Shown in pieces: positions 41,114 through 54,200 of a DNA stretch of 64,000 nucleotides. Source of the stretch: Octopus vulgaris (taxonomy: Eukaryota); assembly GCA_951406725.2 (NCBI GenBank), contig OX597814.1, positions 157,852,001 to 157,916,000 on the forward strand. The letters are read 5' to 3'. A program made the translations under genes and the position numbers. The notes under the pieces were generated by a model. The model was not told where the DNA came from. It saw nothing but the letters and a program-made list of their open reading frames with translations, and did not search any database. The number at the start of each line of letters is the position of its first letter. Position 1 is the stretch's first letter.

Positions 41114-41196
41114 TACACACACATATACTGGCACACAGACTCACAAACAAACACAAGCACACTTAATTACACACACACACGTACGCACACGCACAG

Positions 41197-41240
<44 letters not shown>

Positions 41241-41548
41241 GCATTCAATTACAAAATATCTTCCTGCGTTAGCAAAGATTCATTCTGCGGCTTGGTTACA
41301 TTGTAAAGACGTTTTCGCTTTGTTTCGAATAAAAAAAGAGTAGAACTAAAACGCAAGGCTTATTCAATACGAAATATATGTAACAAGAGAACTTCTATGC
41401 ATGAGAAGTGGTAGTTTTTTTTCACTCGTTAACATTTAAAATACTTTTATCTCAATATAATAAAAAAAATATGTATTGGTTCTCAGTTAGTCAGGTCATC
41501 CTAAAAACAAATGTTCACGCAATTACTTTCCCAATGCTGTTATTCCAG

Positions 41549-41825
41549 ATATGCTTGGACAGTAATGTAGCATGCAGAGAATACTATGGGATTCCTATTC
41601 AACCTCCTGCAGCTGCCATTCCAGAAGTTGACAAATTAATTCAGGCATCCAACATACAATCGAATATTGAATGTTTTTCCCTCTGCATGGCAAATTCCGC
41701 ATGTGGTATGATTATTTACAGCGTTTCCGACAAAATTTGTATCCTGCGTAAAATCCAGCAATCACCAGGTGCCACATCATTCATCGACATTCCTCCAAAC
41801 AGCATTTACACCATGCTACAAGCCC
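41549..41825 (+). CDS. Lectin gene B, PAN/apple-like domain exon
   Basis: Acceptor gttattccag at 41548, donor gtgagt at 41826 (phase 1). SNIECFSLCMANSACGMIIYSVSDKICIL fits C-x3-C-x5-C...Y...C PAN pattern. Confidence 0.8.
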
Positions 41826-43733
41826 GTGAGTATTTTCCCCTTTTTAATATACATATTGGGCATATCATTACTTTTTCTTTCACTTAATGTTAAACATTCT
41901 GTTCTTATTGAAAACGATATTTGTTGTCTCAGAGAAATTTTACTGGTATTTCTAGTAGGTCAAGTGATGAAATAGAAGTTCTCCTTTTGGATCGTGTTAC
42001 ACATTTTGTTCAAGAATAATTATTCTTATCGTCATAATCTCTATAATTGGTAATGTATGCAGGTCTATGTAACCTTGTATTTCTTTCTGAGACAGTAGAA
42101 TATTTATTTGAAGACGATTTTGATGTAGCCACATAGAGTCCGTCTTTAGGCTCGTTTTGCGCAAGTGTCTATATATGAGTGATACCGTGTGCGTTTGTGT
42201 AGAGATGGGCTTTTTTGTGTTAATATGTAAAATATATTCTGGCTGTATACTTTAAAAAAATATCACTTTTGTGTTTATAGATTTATTCAATGTGCCCAAA
42301 AGAAAATGGTTTTATTATCATGTACGATCACTGGTATGGAGAGATAAGACGTGCTTTCTGGAAATGTATATCAAAATACTACAGTGTTATGAAATATGTA
42401 TCACGAAAGCCATTGGATGAAGAAGGCTTTTCTCTAATCAATGTATTAAATCAGTGTCTTTCAAACTGAACAATGGAAAAAAGTGTATGGCTTCACGAAA
42501 TACGGTGTCTTTGGTAAAAAAAAAATGAATAAAAGTATAATTTATTTAAATAAAAACGCTATTCATAATTTTCAAAAATGACAAATTTTCCATATTTTTT
42601 CTACGATCATCTTCTCTCGCCATAAGTCTTGCTTCATTTAATGTCGTGTTAATAGTGTAGTAGCAACAGGAATCGTTCGTAAAATGACTCAGTCGACATT
42701 TTAAAAATATCGTATAAAAAATAAGTTTGAGAGCCTCTGAAAGATACGTCTTGCTGCTATATTTACAAGAATTCATACAACTACATATAGAAATGTTTTC
42801 TGCGTCATTTGCTATTACTTAATTTAATAGTGGCAGGGCTGCTTGTAAAACAATGAATGATACCAACTATAATCGGCACTTTGAAGGGCATGTATATACA
42901 TAAGCATTTTGCTCTTGTTAATTTGAGGAAAAGTAATGAATTAATTTTTTTGTTTCATTCTTTAATTGCAATGTATTCTTAATGTTCCCGTGATTGCAGC
43001 AGAACCAGTAATATCCCTCACTGAGTTTTTCACATTTTCTTTCCATATACTTATTTCAGAATAAATTAAGTTACATGTGACTGTTGTTCTATTTGTTAAG
43101 GCTAAGTTCAACCCTGATCGAACTATGATCAAAGACATTTCCACCGAATGTATGTATGCATGTATGTATGTATGTATGTATGTATGTATGTATGTATGTA
43201 TGTATGTATGCATGCATGTATGTATGTATGTATGTATGTATGTATGTATGTATGTATGCATGCATGCATGCATGCATGCATGTATGTATGTATGTATGTA
43301 TGTTTGTATGTATGTGTGAGTATGTATGTATGTTTGTATGTATGTATGTATCTATCTATTTATATATCTATATACTTTCGCACCTACATACATGCTCACG
43401 GCATGTATGTATGTAACTATATGTATGTGCGTATGTATATATTATGTTCAGTCTGCAGATTCAAAACCCTTGCCGTTATGGTAGTTCGTACGTCACATTC
43501 CAACCGTATTTTTCTTTCTCTCTCTCTCTTTCACTTTTATCTCTGTCTTTCTTGTATCCTGCTCATAAACTCTTCTTCATTAATACCTTATCTCAGTAAC
43601 TCCCTTTTTGTACCTCTTCACACGTTTTTACCAACTTTACTTCTAGTCCTACGAAAGGAACGCCTCAGTTTGAGATCGAGGAACTAACATCATAGCGACT
43701 AAACGAAAGATTTGATCGCATTACGTACATGTA

Positions 43734-43838
<105 letters not shown>

Positions 43839-43911
43839 ACGTATGTATACGTATGTATATATATATATACGTATGTATGTATGTATGTATGTATGTATGT
43901 ATGTATGTATA

Positions 43912-44172
43912 AAAGGTAAAGACCCCCTTCGGTCATGAATGACCATGGGATTGCACCTAGAAAGTTACCCTCCTAGACACAAGTCTGGGCAAGGTTGTTT
44001 TTTCTTTTTTTTTATGGAAGACCAGCAGTCGCCCATGCATACCAGCCCCCCCTCTCCACGCCACCAGTGTTATCCAAGGGAAAGACAAAGGTCGATACAG
44101 CTTGGCACCAGTGACGTCGCAACTCATTTCTACAGCTGAGTGAACTGGAGCAACGTGAAATAAAGTGCCTTG
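43912..44172 (-). mobile_element. SINE (third family), partial
   Basis: Homologous to 37015-37240. Confidence 0.7.
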
Positions 44173-44310
44173 AACTCTAATTCTACGCAAATCTTGCGGG
44201 TGCCGCTGATATAGAAAGTTCTCAGTCATACCGTTAAAGGCACTCCTTCTCTTCTATCTGCTGCCTACAATTATGTATATATATATATGTAATATATATA
44301 TATATATATG

Positions 44311-44356
<46 letters not shown>

Positions 44357-44358
<2 letters not shown>

Positions 44359-45644
44359 CAGTGATTGTTTCTTATCAGGAACAAAATGTTTAATAAGGAA
44401 CAAGATGTTTAATAGGACTGCTATAGAAGTGCTCAATTGAATGAGACAAATATATTAAACTAAAGTTATAGAATAAACAAATGCAAGGTCATCCAATAAC
44501 ATTTCATAACTCGAACATTTAATCATAGAATATACATTTAGACATCACGGAAGATGGAATATAATTCATCTGTACAAGCTTATAAGAAAGTGCGAGAAAA
44601 ATGTTTGAATATATGTGAATACAGTTCATCACGGTTAAAAGTTAATACTTTAGCGATTAAGAAAAATATATTTAAAAAAAAAAACCCATTACAACACCTA
44701 GAAGGTAAAATGTAAAAAATAGTATAAAGTAATATATAAATATATAGGTATATAAAAATATATAAATATAGGAAGCAAATAAAAATATATAATATATAAT
44801 GCAAAATAAAATAAAGGTTCATCGTTTAGAAAATCTTATAAAATTACTTATCGAATAAGAGAGGCCTTATAGTTAAAAAAGAGGAAACCATATTTACTAA
44901 ATTCCCTATGGCTATTTCAGGGGTATATTATTGTGTTTAAAGCACTAGGGTGCATCACGCTAATAACTCCTTCGTCAGGGGAAAAAATAGAGATACAGAC
45001 ATCATCGCGTAGCAGGCTTAACATAATATTGTGTGTTTTCTTATTGAAGCAGTCATGCTCAGACGAGCCCAGAAGAAAGAATTAAAGCAGTAAAAAAATT
45101 TATTTTATATAAAGCTGTAGAAAAGTAAAGCAGTAAAAAAAAATGGGTGTACTAAATTATATTAAATTAAATTAAATTAAATTGAACCTCCGTGGTGTCA
45201 AACCCTCTAAGTTCTAAACTATTTACTTTCTACGACTTATTTTATTTCTATACACTTTTAAAGCCCAGAAGAAAGAATTAAAGCAGTAAAAAAATTTATT
45301 TTATATAAAGCAGTAGAAAAGTAAAGCAGTAAAAATAAACGGGTGTATTAAATTAAATTAAATTAAATTGAACCTTATTTTACATTATATATTATATATT
45401 TTTATTTGCTTACTATATTTTTTTTTTAAATATATTTTTCTTAATCGCTAAAGTATTAACTTTTAACCGTGATGAACTGTATTCACATATATTCAAACAT
45501 TCTTTCTCGCACTTTCTTATATGCTTGTACAGATGAATTATATTCCATCTTCCGTGATGTCTAAATGTATATTCTATGATTAAATGTTCGAGTTATGAAA
45601 TGTTATTGGATGACCTTGCATTTGTTTATTCTATAACTTTAGTT

Positions 45645-45650
<6 letters not shown>
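44357..45650. mobile_element. Penelope-like foldback element between (TA)n tracts
   Basis: ~235-bp near-perfect inverted arms 44451-44684 and 45418-45650; internal direct repeat 45067-45195 / 45262-45375; hammerhead in the spacer. Confidence 0.75.
44902..44983 (-). ncRNA. Type I hammerhead ribozyme (intact core)
   Basis: TTCCC-CTGACGA-AGG..long stem II..CCT-GAAA-TAGCCA-TA-GGGAA: stem I TTCCC/GGGAA, canonical CUGANGA and GAAA, UH cleavage site. Confidence 0.7.
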
Positions 45651-45677
<27 letters not shown>

Positions 45678-45860
45678 TATAGATATATATATATATGGGT
45701 GTGTGTGATTGTGTATAGAAGAATATATTAATAAAAAGAATTCCAACCTTGTCTGATTTTCACGTTTTATTTACAATCTTATAATGATATATTATAAGAT
45801 AATATATTATAATTGAATAAAATAAAATGAAATAGTAGAATGTTAAATATTCATTCTGAT

Positions 45861-45905
45861 TGAACTAGTACTTTCATGCATTGAATTCTGCAATCTTCGG
45901 GTTCA
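45861..45905 (-). ncRNA. Minimal hammerhead ribozyme variant (Penelope-type)
   Basis: TGAAC-CCGAAGA-TTGCAGAATTCAATGCAT-GAAA-GTAC-TA-GTTCA; palindromic stem III; U4->C change. Confidence 0.55.
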
Positions 45906-45964
45906 TGTAGTAGTGTTGACAGTCATGCTTCGCAATTTTTGACTGTAGCAAGATGAGTGATTCT

Positions 45965-46085
45965 GTGCTATAAATACAGCTGGGTAGGCTCCAGAGTGCT
46001 AGGTTTTGCAAACTGTATTCTGACCAATCAGTGTGTAGTATCACTCAATTACTTAAGCTGATTGGTTGGTTGAGCTGATTGGTTT
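45965..46085 (-). promoter_or_regulatory. CCAAT x3 + TATA promoter-like module upstream of the hammerhead
   Basis: Minus strand CCAAT at ~46078 and ~46061, inverted CCAAT at 46024, TATTTATA at 45968-45975. Confidence 0.45.
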
Positions 46086-46405
46086 AGGCATCATGCTTTG
46101 TTGGACAGGTCAAGAGTCCTGTATCTTGACCCTGGCCGAAGCAGCAATTGTTGGGTTATTTTTAGAAATGTTGTAAATATCCTTTGTCAGAGATTTTTAT
46201 ATTTTTATATTTCAATTGTCATCATCATCATTGTCAGCACCTTAATTATTGTTGCTAGTGGTGATGGTGGTGGCAATAGAACTTTTAACCCTAAATAAGA
46301 TAATTTTCCTGCTATCTTCGTCTTGATCACCTTTAGTATTGTTGTTGTTGTTAGTGGTCATGGTCGTAGCAGTGGAAGTAATACCTCTAAGTATTATTAT
46401 TATTG

Positions 46406-46450
<45 letters not shown>

Positions 46451-47046
46451 CAAACATAAAAGAGATATCCTATTCATCATGTATCTCTTTTAGGTTTGAA
46501 TGTACACTGTATTATTCTCTGAATAATATATAGTCTATTGACTAATTTTTTCTTGCTAGACCACTGGTAGCTAAGAATTTTTCGATAAATATTCTTGTTA
46601 CACTAAGTTTTTAATTAATGATATATATACATACATAAATACATACATACATAAATATGTACATCAGTGTTCATTGAGGAGGTGGAGAGAGAGAGAGTTT
46701 GAGTGTGATGAGAGAGGCTTTTCTTGCAATTTGAAGGAATTCTGAAAAGTTTCTGGCTTTAAGGGTTTCGAGTAAGGCCTAGTTGGAGGACCAAGCTTCC
46801 GAGTTCTTTCACCGGTGTTACAATAACCGAAGAACCACTGCAATCCTCCTGTATTTTCTGTTACTCAAATCCACAAACTTTTCAACATCCCCTCGTAAAT
46901 TGTCAAACGCATCAGCGAATAAAATTATGGAAGTGTGTTGGTGAGAAACGAAAAAAGTTCAAAATTTGGATAAGCGTCAGATAAACAGAATCTTCTGATC
47001 CCATTTCATTAAAGTAGTCTTAGGAGTTAAGACCGTTGGAAAAATA

Positions 47047-47084
<38 letters not shown>

Positions 47085-47394
47085 GAAGCTTTATGAAAAT
47101 AGACAAAAGACGAAGGCAGGTGGAAAACAAACAAACAATTGTATTAGTATGGCGCTCAGGAAATATAAATAAAACAAGTCTTTAACGTTTCGAGCAAGTT
47201 CAAGGTTGAAAGTTCAAGGTGAGAAATGTGTAGACGTCGTGGTATATTTTTTAAGGATTTCACATCAATGCAAAGTCACTTTGATATATATATATGCACA
47301 CACAGACATATACATACCAGTGGTCATAGAGGAAGTGAAAGGAAGCAAGAAAGAGAGGTGGAGAGAGATTATTTTAAGCTGAGAGTTTTCATCA

Positions 47395-47451
<57 letters not shown>

Positions 47452-47559
47452 GTAGAATATAATAGTACTGTGGAACCATTGTTAAAATATACAAATAAGG
47501 TCGGCGTCATCAAATCTGAAAATTGTGTAATAAAAGAAAAATTTAAACAAGAAATCAAC

Positions 47560-48020
47560 AGAAAAAAGAAAATTTATAGAAGAAAAAATGTACGGTCACT
47601 TTGCAAGAGATGTGATCGCGAAGACAGATATAGAGGACCGGTGGCTATGGATGAGCTGGTGTGACCTTATGACAGAGACATAGGCACTCATGTGTGCAAT
47701 TCAAGAGCAAGCGTTAAGGACCAACTATGTAAAGTGCAGAATAGACAACACTACCGACCGCGACAAATGTAGACTTTGTAGTGAATGGGTGAAACGGTAT
47801 GGCACATCAATAGTGAGTGCTCAAATTTGACACAACGCGAATACAAAAGACGCCATGACAATGTGGCCAGAATGATCCATTGGGAGCTTTGTGGAAATCA
47901 CAGCCTACGAAGAGCAGAGACTTGTTGTGAGAAAACTACAAGAGTCAACGAGAAAGAAAATTGTAAATCCTGTGGGATGCAGTGATCCAGTGCAGTCTCC
48001 TGACCAAATATCGGAAATCG
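47560..48020 (+). mobile_element. R4/Dong-like fragment (CCHC region)
   Basis: AIQEQALRTNY, CRLC..GETVWHINSEC, YKRRHDNVARMIHWELC. Confidence 0.75.
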
Positions 48021-48024
48021 GACA

Positions 48025-48860
48025 TTTTCCCCCATGGATCTTTTCTTTGTCACTCCCATTACATTTCCTTTTCTTGACATCAACACCCACGTTTTCTGCT
48101 ACAACAATACTTGCTGCCTTAATCAAATTATTTGTTTCTGTGATGTTCTTTGTTATGATGGATTTCAGAATTTCATTGACATTTATCGTTTCTTGGTTCA
48201 ATTTCCACCGATCAACCTGTTTAAGGTTGCAAATAATGACGCAGTCGTTTTCCTGTAGTCTTGACTTTATTCTTTCGTAGATTGCGTTTTGTTCATCTGT
48301 CATGTCAACATTAGTTTTATTGTCTTCTTTCAGATAATTTATATGTCTCTCATCAAGTAAGCTACCACTGCTCCTTTCCTGTGCTGTGAGATTACTTTTA
48401 TTAGTAAGAACTGTATTTTCATCATTATCTCTGCTGCTATTTTCCAATACACGTCTTTTGATAGCTTCGAGCTCTACTTTTGTGAACCAACGATTTTTCT
48501 TATTGCTCTAGCTTGATCACATAATCTCTGTTCCGTAAGTTGAAATAATCCCTTTTCTCTCCAATGATCGTACATACGTTGTCGGTAACCCCTAATTTGT
48601 GCACCATTTTCATCTAACGGGTTGCTTAGGTAGTAACACTCCATGACAACAGCATTAATTTGTTTGCTCCATCTACGCCGTGTGTGGTGGTCTCTTTCTG
48701 GATACCAACAGGCTGGAGCCGGACAAGAATCTCTGATCTTGCCGGGTGCAACACTGTCACCAACAATGGCTTCAGTTTCATTGCCACCGTTATTCAAAAT
48801 ATTTTGTTTTTTCATTGTCACTCATATAAGGTAGCGATTATTAGGTTGCGCCATTACCAG
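48025..48860 (-). mobile_element. R4/Dong-like family B 5' fragment
   Basis: ORFs 48474-48821 and 47905-48447 are homologous to 5749-6560 and share the same 5' start (CTGGTAAT.GCGCAACC). Confidence 0.8.
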
Positions 48861-49072
48861 TGTTTTTATTGTGATACCAATAATAGAGGCATCATAAATC
48901 AGGACATGGGGAGATTCCACTCGCTTCCTTTCATTATTATCATTGTCATAATCACTGATATCACTGATAGTTTTGATCTTACTTTTTTTACTATTTGTAA
49001 AATAGTAAAAAATATTATTATTATTATTATTATTATTACTATTATTATTATTATTATTATTATTACTACTAC

Positions 49073-49135
<63 letters not shown>

Positions 49136-49177
49136 CATTATTATTATTATTATTATCGTTATTATTATTATTATTAT

Positions 49178-49870
49178 CTTTTTTCTTTCCTTCTTCAAAT
49201 TTTCTTCCGTTTCTTGCCGAGTGTTTTCCATACACCTAGGGCAGAGAAGGGCATTGTATGCATTCCCAGATAAATTCACAGATGAAATATATATCGAAAA
49301 ATTAATAAATAAATAAATTCATGCATGGATGTTATTCTCACAGCGATAGTGCTCTTCTCAATACATTGCCGTTCCAGTTAATACGATTTTTTGCACTTCC
49401 TGTAGGGATGGTATTCCTGAAAACATTTTCAAATAGGTTTCAGTACCTTTTTTTATCATTCCTAGAGATCCTACAATCACTGGTACTGTAGTCACCTTGA
49501 GATGCCACATTTTTTCAGTTTCTGTTTGCAGGTCTTTATATTTACTAATCTTGTCAAATTCTTTCGCCGCTATATTGTGATCACAGGGAATACTCATGTC
49601 AATTAATAAACACATCCTTTTTGTCTGATCTTTTATAATGATATCCGGTTTATTAGCTTTTCTAGTCCTGTAGGTCTGCACGGGGAAGTCCCATAGAATC
49701 GACAAATTTTCTCCCTCAGTCACAGCTTCAGGATGATGTTTATACCATTTATCAGCGGTTTTGATCTTATAATGCCGACATATTGTCCAAAGTAAATACT
49801 GGCCGACTCTGTCATGTCTTGCTTTATATTCTGTTGGTGCTAAGACTCTACACCCTGAGATTAGGTGGTC

Positions 49871-49873
<3 letters not shown>
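49178..49873 (-). mobile_element. 5'-truncated R4/Dong-like family D (RLE + 3'UTR)
   Basis: DHLISGC, RHD, KPDII..IDMSIP..KYK; flanked by (TTA)n. Confidence 0.85.
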
Positions 49874-49936
<63 letters not shown>

Positions 49937-50473
49937 GAGTGAGAGAGCAGTGCATGCCATCAAAGTGACACTGGGGTAAAATATACGAAGCCCAGCATAC
50001 CCATCATGACTACCCGTCTGATAAGGGTACACCAGGCACATGCATCACAACCATATGTGCGCGACATAAACAGCACATGACCTTGTAGGTGGGGCCCAGT
50101 TAGAATTTTCTTCAGGTCGAGTAGCCCATCCTGCTCAAAAGGTCCCTGAATAAGGGCTGCTTTAGGATGTTGAACGAAACACCTATGTTTCCAGAGGTGA
50201 ATTATTCAAACTCCAAAGAATCCCTCTCAACACATGGTTATGATGCTCCCCCACTACTTCTGCTCGTGATCAGAGATGCACGTATTGTCAGCCACTAAGG
50301 GACATGCTCAACTGGTTAAGGTCAAACAACCGACAAGCAAATCTGTGGTATTGAGCAGAATATTTGCTGTAGCCCATCTTTTATACCAAGACAAAACAAT
50401 GTACATGATGACACTTCCAATCAGTTAAGATCAGAAGCCATGAGAGCCACTGCCTGGTACTGCATCAGGGCAT
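49937..50473 (-). mobile_element. Non-coding ~550-bp TAA-targeted retroelement, copy 1
   Basis: Both ends match 58068-58623; sits in (TTA)n. Confidence 0.8.
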
Positions 50474-50488
50474 CTTATTATTATCATT

Positions 50489-50729
50489 GAGTGAGAGAGC
50501 AGTTCATGCCATCGAAGTGACACTGGGGTAAAATATACGAAGCCCAATATACCCATCATGACTACCCGTCTGATAAAGGTACACCAGGCACATGCTTCAC
50601 AACCATATGTGCGCAACATGGTGATCTCATATCAAGATAAACAGCACATGACCTTGCAGGTGGGGCCCAGTTAGAATTTTCTTCAGATTGAGTAGCCCAT
50701 CCCGCTCAAACGGTCCCTGAATAAGGGTT

Positions 50730-50731
<2 letters not shown>
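50489..50731 (-). mobile_element. Non-coding TAA-targeted retroelement, truncated copy 2
   Basis: Shares the left (inferred 3') end with copies 1 and 3 and is truncated at the other end. Confidence 0.8.
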
Positions 50732-50811
<80 letters not shown>

Positions 50812-50877
50812 CATTATTATTATTATTATTATTATCATTATTATTATTATTATTAGTATTATTAATAATATTATTAT

Positions 50878-51197
50878 TCAGTAGTTTTATTTTTATAGCG
50901 TGCTTTCACTTCACTACCGAGCGCAGCTCTGTGTGCCTTGGGTATGTGCTGTGATTTGTTGTGATCCTCTGATGGTTATTGTATGGAAAGTGTTCTGCGT
51001 AGGATGTGTGCAGTGCCTAGTAGTGCAATTTTCTGTATGTTATATGTGTTTGTAAGTCCTGGTGTTTTTGTTATGTATTTGTCTGAATATTTTTTTATCT
51101 TGCCTAATGCACCTACTATGATAGGAATTGTTTCTGTTTTCAGATTCCACATTCTAGTTACCTCTATTTCCAGGTCTTTGTATTTTGAGAGTTTCTC

Positions 51198-51199
<2 letters not shown>
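50878..51199 (-). mobile_element. Severely 5'-truncated R4/Dong-like family C
   Basis: MEKLSKYKDLEIEV...TAHILRRTLSIQ* plus 3'UTR closely matching 55959-56280. Confidence 0.88.
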
Positions 51200-51234
<35 letters not shown>

Positions 51235-51235
51235 G

Positions 51236-54200
51236 TCATTTACTTTTAATCTGCATGTTTGATGCAATCACCTGCCGGGGCACACCCAGCGCCCTAGGGC
51301 AAGTGAAGGTTAAGAGTTGTTGAAATATAGCTGAAAGCTTGGGGAGGGGAAGTAGAGAAATATCTCCATGTAATACAAACACAAACATTTACATTGATAG
51401 GGTTTTTCTAAGGATGTGGGCAGTACTTGTTAGCACAATCTTTTGGATTTCCTTGAGACATGGTTTTCCAGGGATATTGTCTAGGTGTTTCTGACATCCC
51501 TTTTTTATCATACCTAGGGCACCTACAATAACAGGAACAGTTTTTGTTTTAAGATTCCACATCCTCTGTATTTCGATTTCCAGGTCCTTATATTTACTAA
51601 GTTTGTCAAATTCCTTGACAGATACATTTTTATCAGTGGGGACGCTTACTTCTATTAGTCTGCAGGTATTTTCTTCCCTGTCTTTAACAATTATGTCTGG
51701 TCGATTAGCCTTGATCGTTCTGTCAGTGTTGACTGGAAAATCCCAGAGGATGGTGACATCTTTACCTTCAACAACTGGCTGAGGATGGTGTTCATACCAG
51801 TTAGCAGGAGTGTCGGATTTGTAGTGTTTACATATCTTCCAATGTATATACTGTCCTACCCTATCGTGGCGATTTTTGTATTCGTTTGGTGTCAGCACAG
51901 GACATCCCGAAACGAGATGGTCTATTGTTTCGTCAAATGTGTCACAGAATCTGCATTTAGGGTCAGTACCGTTTCGGAGAACGTTAGCCTGGTAATTTCT
52001 GGTAAACAAGCTTTGATCTTGTGCTGCCATTATGAAGCCTTCAGTCTCTGCTTTCAATCCAGAACTCTTCAGCCACTGATGGGTTGTTGCTTGGTCTACA
52101 TCAGCATTTTGGCTTCGGAGAATGTATTGTCCATGCAGGGGCTTCTGGCTCCACCGCCTCTCAATTTGATTCTGCCCATTCTTTTTTGCAGTCTGCCTGA
52201 TTCGCTTTGCTTGCTTGGTAGCAGTGGTTTCTGGCTCTTCACCTGATTCAAGGTTAATGCCTAGTTCCCTTTCGAACTTATAAGCTTCCTTGACAATAGA
52301 ATGCAGCTTTTTGCTGCTTTCGTGTTCACACACAAGTCGCAGCATCCAGTCGTTTGTACTAGATAGGTACCTGTTCATTCCTACAGTAGAGGTCTTATAG
52401 CACAGCTCCAATTGCATCATTCCTCTCCCCCGCTGCTTCTAGGTAGGTACAAGCGGTCTACATCTGCCTTAGGGTGGTGCATGCTCCTGGATGTCAGTAA
52501 CTTTCTTGTCTTCCTGTCCAAGCGTTGGAGTTCCGTAAGGTTCCAGTTAATGATGTTAAAACTGTACTGGACTACTGGAAGTGCCAGGGTGTTAATGGCC
52601 TCAATGCAATTTTTGGAGTTGAGTTCAGTCTTCAGTACAAGCCTTATTCTCCTATAGTACTCCTTTCTTATTTTTTCCTTCATAGTAGCATGATGTATAC
52701 CATCTCCTTCGTTGATTCCTAGGTATTTGTAGCTTTCTTGTGGGTCAAGTTCCTTGATGGTAGTGTCAATATCTAATTTAACAGAAGCTGTTTGCCTGAG
52801 CTTGCCTCTTACAAAAGTTGCTTTAGCACACTTATCAAGGCCAAAATCCATTCCGATATCATTGCTAAACTCTTTAACAGTTGTTAGCAGCCCTTCTAGC
52901 TCTTGGTCATTCTTGGCAAACAGCTTTAGATCGTCCATATAAAAAAGGTGGTTTATTAACTTGCTAAAAACTTTGTACCCATATCTGGCACTATCCAATT
53001 CGTTTGAGAGTGGGATCAGTGCCATGCAAAAAAGTAATGGAGAGAGGGAGTCACCTTGAAAGATGCCTCGTTTGATGTTGATGCTGTTGGACTGGCTCAT
53101 CCCATTACTATGGCTTAGAAAGAGACGTGTGTTCCACATGGTCATGCTATTCTCTAAGAATTTTGAGACGACAGGGGAGATCTTGTATATCTCAAGGGCC
53201 TTGAGTATCCATTTATGTGGGACACTGTCATACGCTTTCCTGTAGTCTATCCATGCCATACTCAGGTTTTTGTTTTTGCTCCGGCAATTCTCTACAATCA
53301 TTCTGTTTATGAGCAATTGGTCTTTGCACCCATAAGAGTTTCTTTTACAACCTTTTTTAGCTTGTGGAAGGATAGAATTTTGTTCAAGGAAAGCGTACAT
53401 TCTCTCCGTTATTATGGATGTGAGGATTTTGTAGGTGGTGTTGAGACATGTTATTGGCCGGTAATTCTTTGGGTTTTTTGTGTCTTCGGTTTTAGGTAAT
53501 AGGTAGGTGGTTCCTTCAGTCAGCCAAGCAGGTATTTGCTCTGGGTTCTGAATGACATCAGACAGAGATGCAGCGAGATGTTCGTGTACCTCTGTCAAAC
53601 AATTCAGCCAGAAGTTAGGGATCCGATCCAGTCCTGGGGTTTTCCATTTATGAGCCTTCCTAAGGACACACCTTAGCTCCTCTATTCCTATTGCTTCCCA
53701 TTTCTGTTCTTCAAGTTCATCCAGTCTCTCTTTCTCACGTTCTATCCAGTCAGCCTCAGCATTAAACTCTTTTTCGTTGCTCCATACCTTCTTCCAGAAC
53801 TCCTCCACTTCCTCAATCTTAGGTGGATCTTCTATGTGTATTTTATTTTTGCCAATTTCCCTATAAAATTTCTTTGCATCTGTCTTAAAAAATTTATTTT
53901 GTCGATAAAATTTGTTTCTTTTGTCATACCTTCTAAGCCGTTGAGCTTTCAACTGTATCCGTTGTTTCAACAGTTCCTTAGTTGCAGGGAGGTTTATGAG
54001 ATCTTTGATTTTATATTTTTGCTTGATTTTTCTAGCTTTTCTCGGCTTAATATTCACTCCTCTAGCAAGCTCATCGAGAACTGAAACATCCGCCCGCAGA
54101 GATTCAATCTCTTTTTGTATCGCTACTTTCCACTTAGGAGGTTCATTGACATGCCTGGCCTTTTTCTTTGTCATCTTAATACCTAGTTGGGTAGTTACTA

